From an uncultured Fibrobacterota bacterium (GTDB lineage Bacteria; Fibrobacterota; Chitinivibrionia; Chitinivibrionales; Chitinispirillaceae): a DNA stretch of 64,000 nt. Below are positions 25,828-34,657 of this stretch, one piece after another. The translations under genes were made by a program, and so were the position numbers. Location of the stretch: assembly GCA_963803935.1 (NCBI GenBank), contig CAWDOZ010000133.1, forward strand, positions 37,882 through 101,881, written 5' to 3'. Position 1 is the first letter of the stretch; each line of letters starts with the position of its first letter. The notes under the pieces are model-generated. The model saw nothing but the letters and a program-made list of their open reading frames with translations, was not told where the DNA came from and did not search any database.

Positions 25828-28511
25828 CGGAACCCTACATCTTCCGTCCGGGCCGTGAGGGACCCGGGCATAGTCAAGCTGCAGTTGGCGTCTTTCCCGT
25901 CGCGGAAAGATCCGCCCATCATGAGGGGATAATCGTCCTCCCGGTCCTCGATCCACTCCCAGACATTCCCTACCATGTCGTAAATACCGCCCGACGAGCA
26001 CTTGCCGAATGCTCCGGAGCGCGAGGCCCTGCGACCTTCGGTGGGGCAGCGTTTTTTATCATAGGTATTGCCATAGGGATAGGTGGTCTCGGAGCCGCTC
26101 CGGCAAGCCAACTCCCACTCCTGTTTCGTGCAGAGTCGCTTACCGGCATCGATGCAGGCGATTTTGGCCTCGACCCACGAAACCCCGGTGCGCGGCAGCC
26201 TTCCCTGGATATTCGGGTATTCGTATTTGTCGATGCAGATGACCCGGCCGCGGCCGGTGGCCGTGGAAACCATTCCCGAGGGACACCGGTCCTGCACGGT
26301 GAGCGAGCAGGTAAAAATTCCGATATTGCCGCGCACGTCGGTCACTTCGAGCCGCGGCGCATACCTTCCCGGTTGGGCGAACAGATGGCTCGCCTTCGGG
26401 TCATTGGATGCCCCGGTCTCGAACCGGCCGGAACCGTCAAAATCCCACCTGAACCGAAGACGGGCCAGAGGACTCTCCTTATCGATGCTGCTCGACGCAT
26501 CGAACACAACCGGCTGCCCGGCGATGAGCGTGTCGGGATGGGTGGTGAAATGGGCCGATGGAGGCAGATCGATGAGGTAAACGAAGGTATCCGGATCACC
26601 GATAAGACCCGAAGCATCTACTGCAACCGCAATAATGGTATCCGAACCGGCAAGAGGGAAGGGCGCCGAATAGGGGGGTGAATCAGGGGAAGGCATTTTC
26701 CCATGGCGGGCATAGTGTACCGTTGCGCCGGGATCCGTGGCCAGGGCAATGGAGAGAATTTTATCGTAAGGACGGTCGCCGCTCGGGGGAATATCCGCGG
26801 TAACTTGCGGTTTGGCAAGGTTGATCGTCTTTACCATACTCCGGTTGCCGGCCCAATCCTCTGCAAAAAAGGAGAGCCTGCAATCGGTCGTGCGCGGTAC
26901 CGCGATCCGGTCCTGGGAAAGATGAAGTTTATCGCCAGCTTCAGCCGCATTGTGGCCGGGAACCGGAACGGATCCATCGATCGTATAATAAAAGGTTGCG
27001 TTCTTACTGCACCTGAAGAGCACCGCAATCGAATCTTTGGACTTGCGGGTGATGGTGATGCCCAGCCGGGGCGGTGTCCAGTCTGTAAAGTACAGACTTC
27101 GCCGGACCACGCTGACAGTGCCGTCCGGCAATTTAACATAATATTCGAGGATGTGCTCGCCCTGGTCGGTAACGACGACTGAATCGCGTCCCGGAGTGAA
27201 ATTGGAATCCGGAAGCATGCGGTAATAGATGGATCCGGGGATAGTGGTCTTGAAATGGACCAATACCGGCGCATTGAAGATGCCTCCGTCCGGAACCGCC
27301 ACAACCATGGGCCGGTTCAGCTCGTCCATGACCACCACGTTACTCGCATTGCCGTAAAGGTCGGTGAAGAAGTAGCGGAGCGTTTGCCCCTGCCGCAGCG
27401 AGAACGGCGTGGCGTATACCGGCGATTTGAGGGTAGGGTCCGCACCGCTGATTTCGTAGTAGATGGTCACCGGATCGCTGCACTCCATCGCAACGGTGTA
27501 AAACCCCCCCTGCCCGGTCGGGGTAAGATGAACCTGGACTACGGGGGGGACCGTGTTAAGGACATAGCGCCCGACAACCTCCTCGGACCACACTCCCGCC
27601 GCAGTCTTTGCCCGGCAGCGAAGGGTAGTGGTCCCATCGCGGGAGATGGTGACGCCCGCAGGCGGGCAGGTAATCCCCCTGGTCCGGGGATCAGAGCCAT
27701 CGAGTGTGTAATATATGGTTGCCGGCTGGTCGGCGGTTATTGCTACCGCCTGCGACCGGTTGAATTGTCCTCCGGCAGGGCTCAGGGTAACCATGGGCAT
27801 CGGCGACTCGTAGTGCCGTTCCCATTGCAAAGGGCTTGACGCGTTCCCCGATGCGTCGATGCCGAGGGCATTGAGCCGCCCTACCCCGCTATGGGGAATG
27901 ACCAGCACCAGCGCTTGGGTTATTGAATCGCCGCCTCCGGTACGGAAGGTCGGGCTCCGGTCGCCGGGGTCGGTGCCGTCAAGGGTATACCGGATAACTC
28001 CCCGCTTCTTCATGACAAGCTTCAGTGTATCCGCGGACCGGCCTTCAAGGACCTGCAGGTAAACTTTCGGGGCGATGGTGTCGATGATGAATTCCCACTC
28101 CTGGATCGGGGACATCCGTCCTGCGGTATCCTTGCTGAAAGCTCGCAATTTATTCATACCGGCGGGAGTGACTACCCCACTGTCATACTTTTTGAAATAT
28201 TCAGGTGGCGCAATGGGGTCAAAGGTGTAAAAAACCTGTTTCCCGAGCGGCACATCGAACGTGAGGGTCTGAACCCGGTTATACAGTCCGCCAGACGGGT
28301 GGATAGGGACCTTCACCGCATGCGTGTCGATGACATACCCGAGAAAGCCCGAGAGTTTTTCCTTTCCGGCAGTATCGACTGCAACCTTGCCGATGCCGGG
28401 AGCTCCGGCCGGATTCGTCGCATTTGCGACAGCGATGAGGCCAAGGGTGCAGAGAAGGAGGAGCGCTGCAGGAATACGCTTAACTTTTTTCCTGGGATGG
28501 TTCGGGTTCAC
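25815..28511 (-). CDS. secreted multidomain protein: six CHB_HEX_C/Fn3-associated-like repeats, a PKD domain and a C-terminal FGE-sulfatase (SUMF1-like) domain
   Basis: It uses a GTG start with a signal peptide (RIPAALLLLCTLGLIAVANA). There are six ~80-aa repeats with an [IV]-Y-Y-T-L-D-G-S-D-P-like motif: RYTLDGTDP, IYYTLDGSDP, IYYEISGADP, IYYRMLPDS, FYYTIDGSVP, VHYARHGKMP. The PKD-like segment reads FRWDFDGSG...HLFAQPGRYAPRLEVTD. The C-terminal segment reads CIDKYEYPN ... VSWVEAKIAC ... RLCTKQEWELAC ... YDMVGNVWEW ... GGSF ... GFRC. Confidence 0.75.
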   Translation of the reverse strand: MNPNHPRKKVKRIPAALLLLCTLGLIAVANATNPAGAPGIGKVAVDTAGKEKLSGFLGYVIDTHAVKVPIHPSGGLYNRVQTLTFDVPLGKQVFYTFDPIAPPEYFKKYDSGVVTPAGMNKLRAFSKDTAGRMSPIQEWEFIIDTIAPKVYLQVLEGRSADTLKLVMKKRGVIRYTLDGTDPGDRSPTFRTGGGDSITQALVLVIPHSGVGRLNALGIDASGNASSPLQWERHYESPMPMVTLSPAGGQFNRSQAVAITADQPATIYYTLDGSDPRTRGITCPPAGVTISRDGTTTLRCRAKTAAGVWSEEVVGRYVLNTVPPVVQVHLTPTGQGGFYTVAMECSDPVTIYYEISGADPTLKSPVYATPFSLRQGQTLRYFFTDLYGNASNVVVMDELNRPMVVAVPDGGIFNAPVLVHFKTTIPGSIYYRMLPDSNFTPGRDSVVVTDQGEHILEYYVKLPDGTVSVVRRSLYFTDWTPPRLGITITRKSKDSIAVLFRCSKNATFYYTIDGSVPVPGHNAAEAGDKLHLSQDRIAVPRTTDCRLSFFAEDWAGNRSMVKTINLAKPQVTADIPPSGDRPYDKILSIALATDPGATVHYARHGKMPSPDSPPYSAPFPLAGSDTIIAVAVDASGLIGDPDTFVYLIDLPPSAHFTTHPDTLIAGQPVVFDASSSIDKESPLARLRFRWDFDGSGRFETGASNDPKASHLFAQPGRYAPRLEVTDVRGNIGIFTCSLTVQDRCPSGMVSTATGRGRVICIDKYEYPNIQGRLPRTGVSWVEAKIACIDAGKRLCTKQEWELACRSGSETTYPYGNTYDKKRCPTEGRRASRSGAFGKCSSGGIYDMVGNVWEWIEDREDDYPLMMGGSFRDGKDANCSLTMPGSLTARTEDVGFRCCR

Positions 28512-30682
28512 TATTGCTTTCCTGCTATTCTGAGTTCGAGGGTTTTCCGCAATTCCTTATCGCGGGTCAAAACCAGCGCCTTCTTCCAACAGTCCATTGC
28601 AAGCTCACCGTACATCTTGTAATTCGCATAGATGTCGCCCATAAGCAATAGAGGAGCGGGATTATCCGGTGCACCGGCACAGGCAAGCTTAAGCGCATAG
28701 AGGGCATTGTCGTAATCGCGGTACCCCTTGAATTTAATGAGGTCGTACATGCTCTCCCCTACTCCGAGGAGGCCGCCGGAATCGTCGGGAAACTGGCGGA
28801 GTAAAGCGCGGCTGCGGGCGAGAGCCTGCCCGTAGGATCCCATCTTAAGGCAGACCGCAGCGCTCAGGTTCATGAACTCCCGGTTCGGCGGTACATGCGC
28901 GCAATAATTATCAACAGGCCCGAGGGCATCACGATACCGGCCATGCTTCATGAGCACCCGGGCGAGCCCCCTGACTGCCGCTGCATTGTCCGGCTCAAGG
29001 TCGATGATTCGCCGGCATGTACGCTCGGCATCCTTGTCCCTGCCGAGCTCAAAATCGATCGCCGAGAGCCGTACCAGGATATCGATCCGGTCCGGCTGGC
29101 TGCGCAGCAGGCGGTCATAACAATGTGCCGCTCTCCTGAGGCTGCCTTCGGCCTGGTAGGCAATGGCCAGGTTATTGAGAACGATTTCATTGACAACGCC
29201 GGCCCGGTCGGCTTTATGATATGCTTGGATGGCTTTGGCGGGAGAACCGCCGAAATATTGCAGGTCGCCGAGATTATTGAAGGATGATTGACGCGTCGAA
29301 CGGGTGCGCGCTGCGGTTTCGAAACAGCGGGAAGCATCTGCGGTCTTTCCTTCGTACCAGTATACCACGCCCAGATACACTTCGATGTCCGGATCAGGAC
29401 TATCCAATGTCGCTTCCCGCGCCCGCAGCAGCAGCTGCTCCGCCTTGGCATACCATTCCAGCTTGACATACGTATTTGCAAGGTTCAGCAGAATTATGGA
29501 ATTTTCCGGGGCGAAGTTCAGGGCCGATTCAAGAATGGCGGCAGATTCAGTAAGCCTTCCTGCCCGTCGGAATGACTCACCGAGAGCGGCATAGTAGCGC
29601 GGATAAAAAGGCCGGAAACGGATAAGGGTGTTGAAGATATCCGATGCCTGGGCAAAATCTCCCGCCGAGGAATAGGCACTGCCCAGGGCAAAGGCCGGTT
29701 CCAGGTCCGAAGGGCCGAATGCCACCGCCTGCCCGAGCGTTGCAATTCCACGCTGGTACTCGCCGGCGGCTACGTAAACCCCTCCCATTGCCATGAGGCC
29801 AACGGGAGTCTGTTCCAATAGTTCCCGGTTCGCAGCGATGAATTTAAAACCCTTCGACGGCTTTGCGCTCTCACTCAGAAAATCGGCATAGGCGGCGACC
29901 ACCCAAGGATCTCCCGGAGCACGGGCAAGTGCCCGATCGAGGGCTTCCTTCGCGCGGACCGGGTCGCCAGCCCTTCTGTAAATCTGTCCCTGCCGGCAAG
30001 CGGAGGCGGCAAATTCCGGGTCGAGCTCTTCCGCCCTTGCATAGGCGGTAATCGCGCCGTTTGGATTACCGCGCATCTCATAGCCATAGCCGGCGGCAAA
30101 GGTGCGGTAGGCGGTGGTGTCGCAGGATGGATCGTGGTGCAGCGAAAGGGTGTCCGCAGATGAAAGCGGGTAACGGATGGTCCCCAGAATTTTGAGGAGG
30201 GCATTATCGACCAGGGGGAAAAAATTGGACTCCTTATCGGCCACGGTCAGCGAGACGCTCAGCGGCTGTTCTTCCCCGCTGGTTGTCCAGAACAACCTGA
30301 AGTCGGCTTCGATGCGATCGCCTTCAATCCGGAACTTTCCGCCGATTGCGACATCCCAGAGCCAGCGGGACCGGTGCCGCATGGCGAGACTGTCCGAGTC
30401 CATCTGCCACCCCGAGGAATCTGCCTGGAAAAGAAAAACGGGGTCCCAGACCTGCATGTTATCGAGGAGGCGCAACTTTCGAAACATGGTTTCAGCAATG
30501 CCGGAGCCGATCCATTCATTGAGAGCGCCGCCGTTTTCGTTTTTAAGCGGGAAAACTGCGACGCCGATCCGGGCTGCAAAAACACTCTGACAAGCGAAAA
30601 GCACCAGGAAGAGAGATGCCAACCACCCTGCCATACCGGGTGATCGGCGCATCGGTATATGAGTTTGCACGTGATTTTCCAT
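28511..30682 (-). CDS. TPR-repeat protein with an N-terminal CsgG/TolB-N-like domain
   Basis: It has a signal peptide (GWLASLFLVLFACQSVFA). The segment IGVAVFPLKNENGGALNEWIGSGIAETMFRKL is typical of periplasmic scaffold N-domains. More than 10 TPR units follow. Its stop overlaps the next start by 1 nt. Confidence 0.65.
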   Translation of the reverse strand: MENHVQTHIPMRRSPGMAGWLASLFLVLFACQSVFAARIGVAVFPLKNENGGALNEWIGSGIAETMFRKLRLLDNMQVWDPVFLFQADSSGWQMDSDSLAMRHRSRWLWDVAIGGKFRIEGDRIEADFRLFWTTSGEEQPLSVSLTVADKESNFFPLVDNALLKILGTIRYPLSSADTLSLHHDPSCDTTAYRTFAAGYGYEMRGNPNGAITAYARAEELDPEFAASACRQGQIYRRAGDPVRAKEALDRALARAPGDPWVVAAYADFLSESAKPSKGFKFIAANRELLEQTPVGLMAMGGVYVAAGEYQRGIATLGQAVAFGPSDLEPAFALGSAYSSAGDFAQASDIFNTLIRFRPFYPRYYAALGESFRRAGRLTESAAILESALNFAPENSIILLNLANTYVKLEWYAKAEQLLLRAREATLDSPDPDIEVYLGVVYWYEGKTADASRCFETAARTRSTRQSSFNNLGDLQYFGGSPAKAIQAYHKADRAGVVNEIVLNNLAIAYQAEGSLRRAAHCYDRLLRSQPDRIDILVRLSAIDFELGRDKDAERTCRRIIDLEPDNAAAVRGLARVLMKHGRYRDALGPVDNYCAHVPPNREFMNLSAAVCLKMGSYGQALARSRALLRQFPDDSGGLLGVGESMYDLIKFKGYRDYDNALYALKLACAGAPDNPAPLLLMGDIYANYKMYGELAMDCWKKALVLTRDKELRKTLELRIAGKQ

Positions 30683-31009
30683 TATTCCAAGCCATGAGCG
30701 ATGAAACGGCGGGTATCGCCGCCTCCCGGCAACCTGTCAGGGAATCGGAATTTCTCCCTGGGATCCAGGTTCGGGCAGATCGGTCCCCTTCCTTCCAGAA
30801 AGACCTGACCTATAGCTTTTAATCTATATTACAACCCATTATTATAACACATTCTTCAGACATTCCAACACTATTTGTATTTCCCTGCCCATCCATGAGC
30901 TTACGTGTCCAGACGGCAGGACCAAATCCGACTGATAATGTATTTTTCAAAGTGCAAGCCGTCCAGGATCTATAACCCTTAATTCTGCGCTGAAAAAGGA
31001 CCCCTGCTC

Positions 31010-32251
31010 ATGATACCGCTCAGCATGATCGTGCTGTCCGCGATGCTTTTTTCCTTCTGCTGTTCCCTGATGGAGGCTTGCCTGCTGAGCCTCTCCCGTT
31101 CGGATGTTGCACGTATTGCAGAGCACCGGCCGACGGCCAGCGCCATCTGGAGAAAGCTCAAATCGAATATCCAGAAGCCGCTTTCGGCGGTTCTTATCAT
31201 CAATACCCTGGCAAATGTAGTGGGAGCGTTTTTTGCCGGGTTTCAGGCCAACAGGGTCTTTGGCGGCAAATGGAATTTCGCCTTCTCTCTCGTGTTCTCG
31301 TACATGCTGATTCAGTGGTGCGAAATTCTCCCGAAAACTCTCGGTGTCCGCCATAACCGCCGGATCGCAGCGGTTGCAGCACGTCCCTTTGCCGCGATTG
31401 TGGCAATTCTGGGGCCAATCATTCAGGCCATAGAATTCATGAACCGTCCGTTCTCGGGAAGCAAGTCCTCGGTTGCAGAGACCTCGGTCAGCGATATCCG
31501 TGTTCTTGCCAAATCCGCGGCGCTTGAAAATCTCATCACCAAGGAGCAGGAAAGCCTGATCTCCCGCAGCGTCCATTTGTCGACGCTCAAGGCCTGCGAT
31601 GTCATGATCGAGCGGGCCGACATCAACGTCCTGAGCACCACCATGAACCTGCAGGACGGGCTCATTGCGGCCCATCTTTACCGCCACACGCGGCTGCCGC
31701 TCGCTGAAAACGGCGATGTCGACCACATCATCGGCTATGTCAATTTCAAGGATATTGTCGGGGCGCTACATGTGAATCCGGCCGACCCGTCGCTGCGCGG
31801 CATCATGAGGCCGGTATCTTTTGTGAAAGAGCGCGCAGGCATCCCCGAGCTCCTGACCAAGCTGACGAGGGGGTACCAGCATATCGCCATTGTTCAGAAC
31901 GAAAAGGGAGCCACCAGGGGGCTCGTAACCCTAGAAGACATCATCGAGACGCTGGTCGGCGACCTGCAGGACGAGTACGATATGCCGCCGGACTTCATCG
32001 TGCGCCTGTCGGATACCCGCTTTCGCCTCGGCGGCAGCGCAACCTTCAGCCAGATCAAAGCGCGCGCCTTCAGCGACCTTACGCGCGAAGATAACGGTAC
32101 GCTCGATCAGGCCTTTAAGAAGCTGGCCGGCGGCAAGACGCCGCCTGAAAACTTTTCGATGAAAATCGGTTCCATTTCCTTCAAGATCCGCCGGGTGGTA
32201 CGAGGAAATATTTACGACGTTGTCGGAGAACGGGTACCCGCGACTACGTAA
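31010..32251 (+). CDS. CNNM/HlyC-CorC family transporter (DUF21 TM domain, CBS pair, CorC_HlyC)
   Basis: The N-terminal DUF21 pattern is FCCSLMEACLLSLSRSDVARIAE ... KPLSAVLIINTLANVVG. The CBS region reads VMIERADINVL ... HTRLPL ... IIGYVNFKDI. The segment IAIVQNEKGATRGLVTLEDIIETLVGDLQDEYD follows. The C-terminal transporter-associated domain is present. Confidence 0.85.
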   Translation: MIPLSMIVLSAMLFSFCCSLMEACLLSLSRSDVARIAEHRPTASAIWRKLKSNIQKPLSAVLIINTLANVVGAFFAGFQANRVFGGKWNFAFSLVFSYMLIQWCEILPKTLGVRHNRRIAAVAARPFAAIVAILGPIIQAIEFMNRPFSGSKSSVAETSVSDIRVLAKSAALENLITKEQESLISRSVHLSTLKACDVMIERADINVLSTTMNLQDGLIAAHLYRHTRLPLAENGDVDHIIGYVNFKDIVGALHVNPADPSLRGIMRPVSFVKERAGIPELLTKLTRGYQHIAIVQNEKGATRGLVTLEDIIETLVGDLQDEYDMPPDFIVRLSDTRFRLGGSATFSQIKARAFSDLTREDNGTLDQAFKKLAGGKTPPENFSMKIGSISFKIRRVVRGNIYDVVGERVPATT

Positions 32252-32255
32252 GTGC

Positions 32256-33134
32256 TTATTGCCGCCGTTCCTGCTTTTTCACCACGATCTCTCCCTTGCC
32301 GCCGGTCAGGATAAACCCTGTTCCGGACAGCAGATTCTCTATTCCCGTGCGCAGCTCCCGGGTGCTTTCAGGAAGGTAATCGCCATCATCGTAGGGGGTT
32401 GCGAGGGTACAGCGGCATTGCGAGGCAGTAGGTTCAAACAACCATTGCGGCACGCTTTTTCCCGAACCGGTAAGGCTGTCGAAGCGGAAAAAAAAACGCC
32501 GATAGTCCTGGTTTGCGGCCTCGATCATTGCGCGGATTTTTTCCTGCAGTATATCCGATATTCCGGCTGAAGGGGGCGGAGTCTTAATTTCGGACGCTGC
32601 GGAGGAGCGGACCCGGCGCCAGGCGCCGGACGGGTCAAGCGAGCACCAGCCGAAGCAGGGCGGATCATCCGGCAGGAAAACATAGCAGCGGCCCCCGCGG
32701 CGGAAAATACGCACCAGCGGACCCGCTGGAACGCGTCGCACCGGCCCGGTTACCGGGGCAACGGTCAAAACTCCTCCCCTCGTTACCTCGACGGTATCGC
32801 TCAGCACCTCGCAATCGCCGAGAATCAGCGGCTCTTTCTTCCCTGCTGCGCCGGAATAGCCGCCGGAGCCGTCCCTGAGCAGGAAATAGACGGAATTACC
32901 CATGCGGAATTTGCCCGCGCGGCTTATCCCGTCCCCGAGGAGCACATTCGGTTCGACCAGCTGGAGGGGGGCATAGGGAGCGAACCGGGCGAGATCATCG
33001 GCGGAAAGAGACTGTTCGAACTCGTTGTAAATGGTAAAGGAGGAAGCTGAAGGAATGAGATAGAAGGTGCCGCGGGATTGGGCCGATGCAAGGGCAGTAA
33101 GTGTAGCCAGAATTATTAAGAACTTATTCGACAT
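32256..33134 (-). CDS. hypothetical secreted protein
   Basis: It has a clear signal peptide (MSNKFLIILATLTALASAQS) and coding-like composition. I recognise no family. Confidence 0.5.
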   Translation of the reverse strand: MSNKFLIILATLTALASAQSRGTFYLIPSASSFTIYNEFEQSLSADDLARFAPYAPLQLVEPNVLLGDGISRAGKFRMGNSVYFLLRDGSGGYSGAAGKKEPLILGDCEVLSDTVEVTRGGVLTVAPVTGPVRRVPAGPLVRIFRRGGRCYVFLPDDPPCFGWCSLDPSGAWRRVRSSAASEIKTPPPSAGISDILQEKIRAMIEAANQDYRRFFFRFDSLTGSGKSVPQWLFEPTASQCRCTLATPYDDGDYLPESTRELRTGIENLLSGTGFILTGGKGEIVVKKQERRQ

Positions 33135-33243
33135 GAGAGAACCCCTTCGGCGGGTGACATCTATTCAAAATAATAAACGCAACTTTCGCGGGCACGATTA
33201 AACTGTCGAAAGCAGGCAGGTCAAACGATTATGGTTGGATGGA

Positions 33244-33723
33244 TCAGCGGGGAGTGTAAATTGCGCAACCGCGATTTTTATGCATTTCACGAATCTTGTC
33301 GATGTGCATTTTATTTTCGGCGATGCTGTCCCGCAATATTTCAATCACCACGGTATTGAGCGGCAGGCTCTCGGCAAGACCAAAATAGAATTCCTTCAAA
33401 CTCAGCTCCATTTCAAGCACATCGGACAATGCCTTTTTCTTGGCGGGACAGGACTGCCGATAATCCCCCATGGCTTCATCGATCTTTTCCATAATCCGAC
33501 GCATGTTGTCTATATTTGGTCCCACAGGATCATTGAAAATATTTTTCCTGAAGGAAATAGTTTGAATTGCACCGGTCAACTTAAGGGCATGGCACTCCTG
33601 ATGGGCGCAAAAACCTGCCCACATTCCGGCGTCTTCGGGAAAGAGTTGCCACATCAGGTGGTAAAGTTCGCCTGCTTTTATTTCAAGGTGAATAGCATCC
33701 TTCAGGAAGGTATCGATCTTCAT
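33244..33723 (-). CDS. ferritin-like (rubrerythrin-fold-like) four-helix-bundle protein
   Basis: The helical pattern carries candidate di-metal ligands (LEIK, HQECH, EMEL, ENKMH). It is a paralog of 57275..57772, sharing LY.L....FPED..(F/M)W and ENK.HI.KI. It lies 84 nt downstream of the two-CW gene on the same strand. Confidence 0.55.
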   Translation of the reverse strand: MKIDTFLKDAIHLEIKAGELYHLMWQLFPEDAGMWAGFCAHQECHALKLTGAIQTISFRKNIFNDPVGPNIDNMRRIMEKIDEAMGDYRQSCPAKKKALSDVLEMELSLKEFYFGLAESLPLNTVVIEILRDSIAENKMHIDKIREMHKNRGCAIYTPR

Positions 33724-33807
33724 ATTTTTCGATTGTCCCGCTTCTATACCGGTTAAAGCGGAATATTTCCGCTCATATAAAAAAATCCGTTTTTTCTCAG
33801 GTGTTTT

Positions 33808-34104
33808 TTACATTAAGGAAATCACTTCTCTGATAATAATGTCGTATAAACCATCCTCATTTTCGTTTTGCTTCAGGAAATCGCACTGCAGGCAATCTCC
33901 CAGCCTGTTTGGCGGGGAGCCGGGTACCAGCTCCCGGGAAAATTTGCCGTTAATCGCCCAGCAGGCGCGACACCCGTTCTTGCCGGAATTCGTTTCAGCA
34001 ATAGCTGCTTCATTTGCCGCCGGACACACCCCGGACGCGGCAACGTTTGCTCCTCCCGGCTCTCTCCCGCATTTTTTGAATTCCCAGCAATTTTTTTTAA
34101 GCAT
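33808..34104 (-). CDS. small Cys-rich two-CW-type protein
   Basis: It has NCWEFKKCGREPGG, a second CW (ACWAI) and C-x2-C (DCLQC). It is a paralog of 17548..17847. Confidence 0.65.
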   Translation of the reverse strand: MLKKNCWEFKKCGREPGGANVAASGVCPAANEAAIAETNSGKNGCRACWAINGKFSRELVPGSPPNRLGDCLQCDFLKQNENEDGLYDIIIREVISLM

Positions 34105-34208
34105 GGTCTGCTTTTATTATACCATGGCGACGGACTATATGCTATTTCCATTGGATTAACGAGCAGGAATCCAAATACAACTTCAAAATCAAAGTCAACA
34201 TCTGGGCG

Positions 34209-34418
34209 TTCCGGAGGGCACCCTGAAGGGCGCCCTCCGGCGCGCCTCCGCCGGGCTCTCGGCAGAGCCGAGCCGGTCTGGGGAGCCATGCGGCGCTTTG
34301 CGCCTGTGGCTCCCCAGACTGTCGGGGTCGCTATCGCTCTCCCCGACACCCTTTGTCCTCGCTAACGCAATGTCAACTGCCGCCTCACACCTGCCGCTCT
34401 CCAAAAGTGGAGAGGGGA
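34209..34418. repeat. chain of GC-rich hairpins (mosaic-repeat related)
   Basis: Back-to-back stem-loops include CCGGAGGGCACCC-tgaa-GGGCGCCCTCCGG, GTCTGGGGAGCCA..GCGC-tttg-GCGC..TGGCTCCCCAGAC, GTCGGGG...CCCCGAC and CTCTCC-aaaag-TGGAGAG. The track ORFs here have non-coding-like composition. Confidence 0.6.
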
Positions 34419-34464
34419 AGATTATATGCGATTAGGTAATTATGTTTTATTCATCTTTTATATT

Positions 34465-34627
34465 TTTTCTACCAAATGGGAGCGTTGCGGGGGTGCGAGA
34501 GCGCCTGCTGAGCAAAGCGAGGCAGGAATCGCCTCGCACCTCCGCAGGAAGGGGTGTGTCGGAGACGCGGCTTTGCGCGGCTCCGACCAGGGGAAACCCG
34601 CGTAGCGAGGTTTCCCCACCAGAGGCT
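34465..34627 (+). repeat. mosaic hairpin repeat, full head-to-tail copy
   Basis: The head is TTTTCTACCAAATGGGAGCGTTGCGGGGG. It is followed by a nested hairpin GGTGCGAG...CCTCGCACC, then CCGCAGGAAGGGGTG. Next comes GTCGGAGACGCG-gcttt-GCGCGGCTCCGAC. GGGGAAACCCGCG-tag-CGAGGTTTCCCC follows. The tail is ACCAGAGGC. Confidence 0.75.
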
Positions 34628-34657
34628 TTAATAATTCATCGCAAAATTACTTATTTA

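Noticed and set aside
25815-25990. The C-terminal FGE-sulfatase/C-type-lectin-fold domain as the variable region of a diversity-generating retroelement.
   Set aside because: I found no second near-identical copy (template repeat) of this ~130-bp segment anywhere in the window, and no reverse transcriptase gene. The position at the extreme C-terminus alone is not evidence.
34195-34627. Could the hairpin-rich intergenic arrays (also at 44.5-45.05, 51.9-52.15 and 56.25-56.53 kb) be CRISPR arrays?
   Set aside because: There is no single repeat of fixed length recurring at regular spacing with unique spacers. The units are different hairpins in a fixed order. No cas genes are present in the window.
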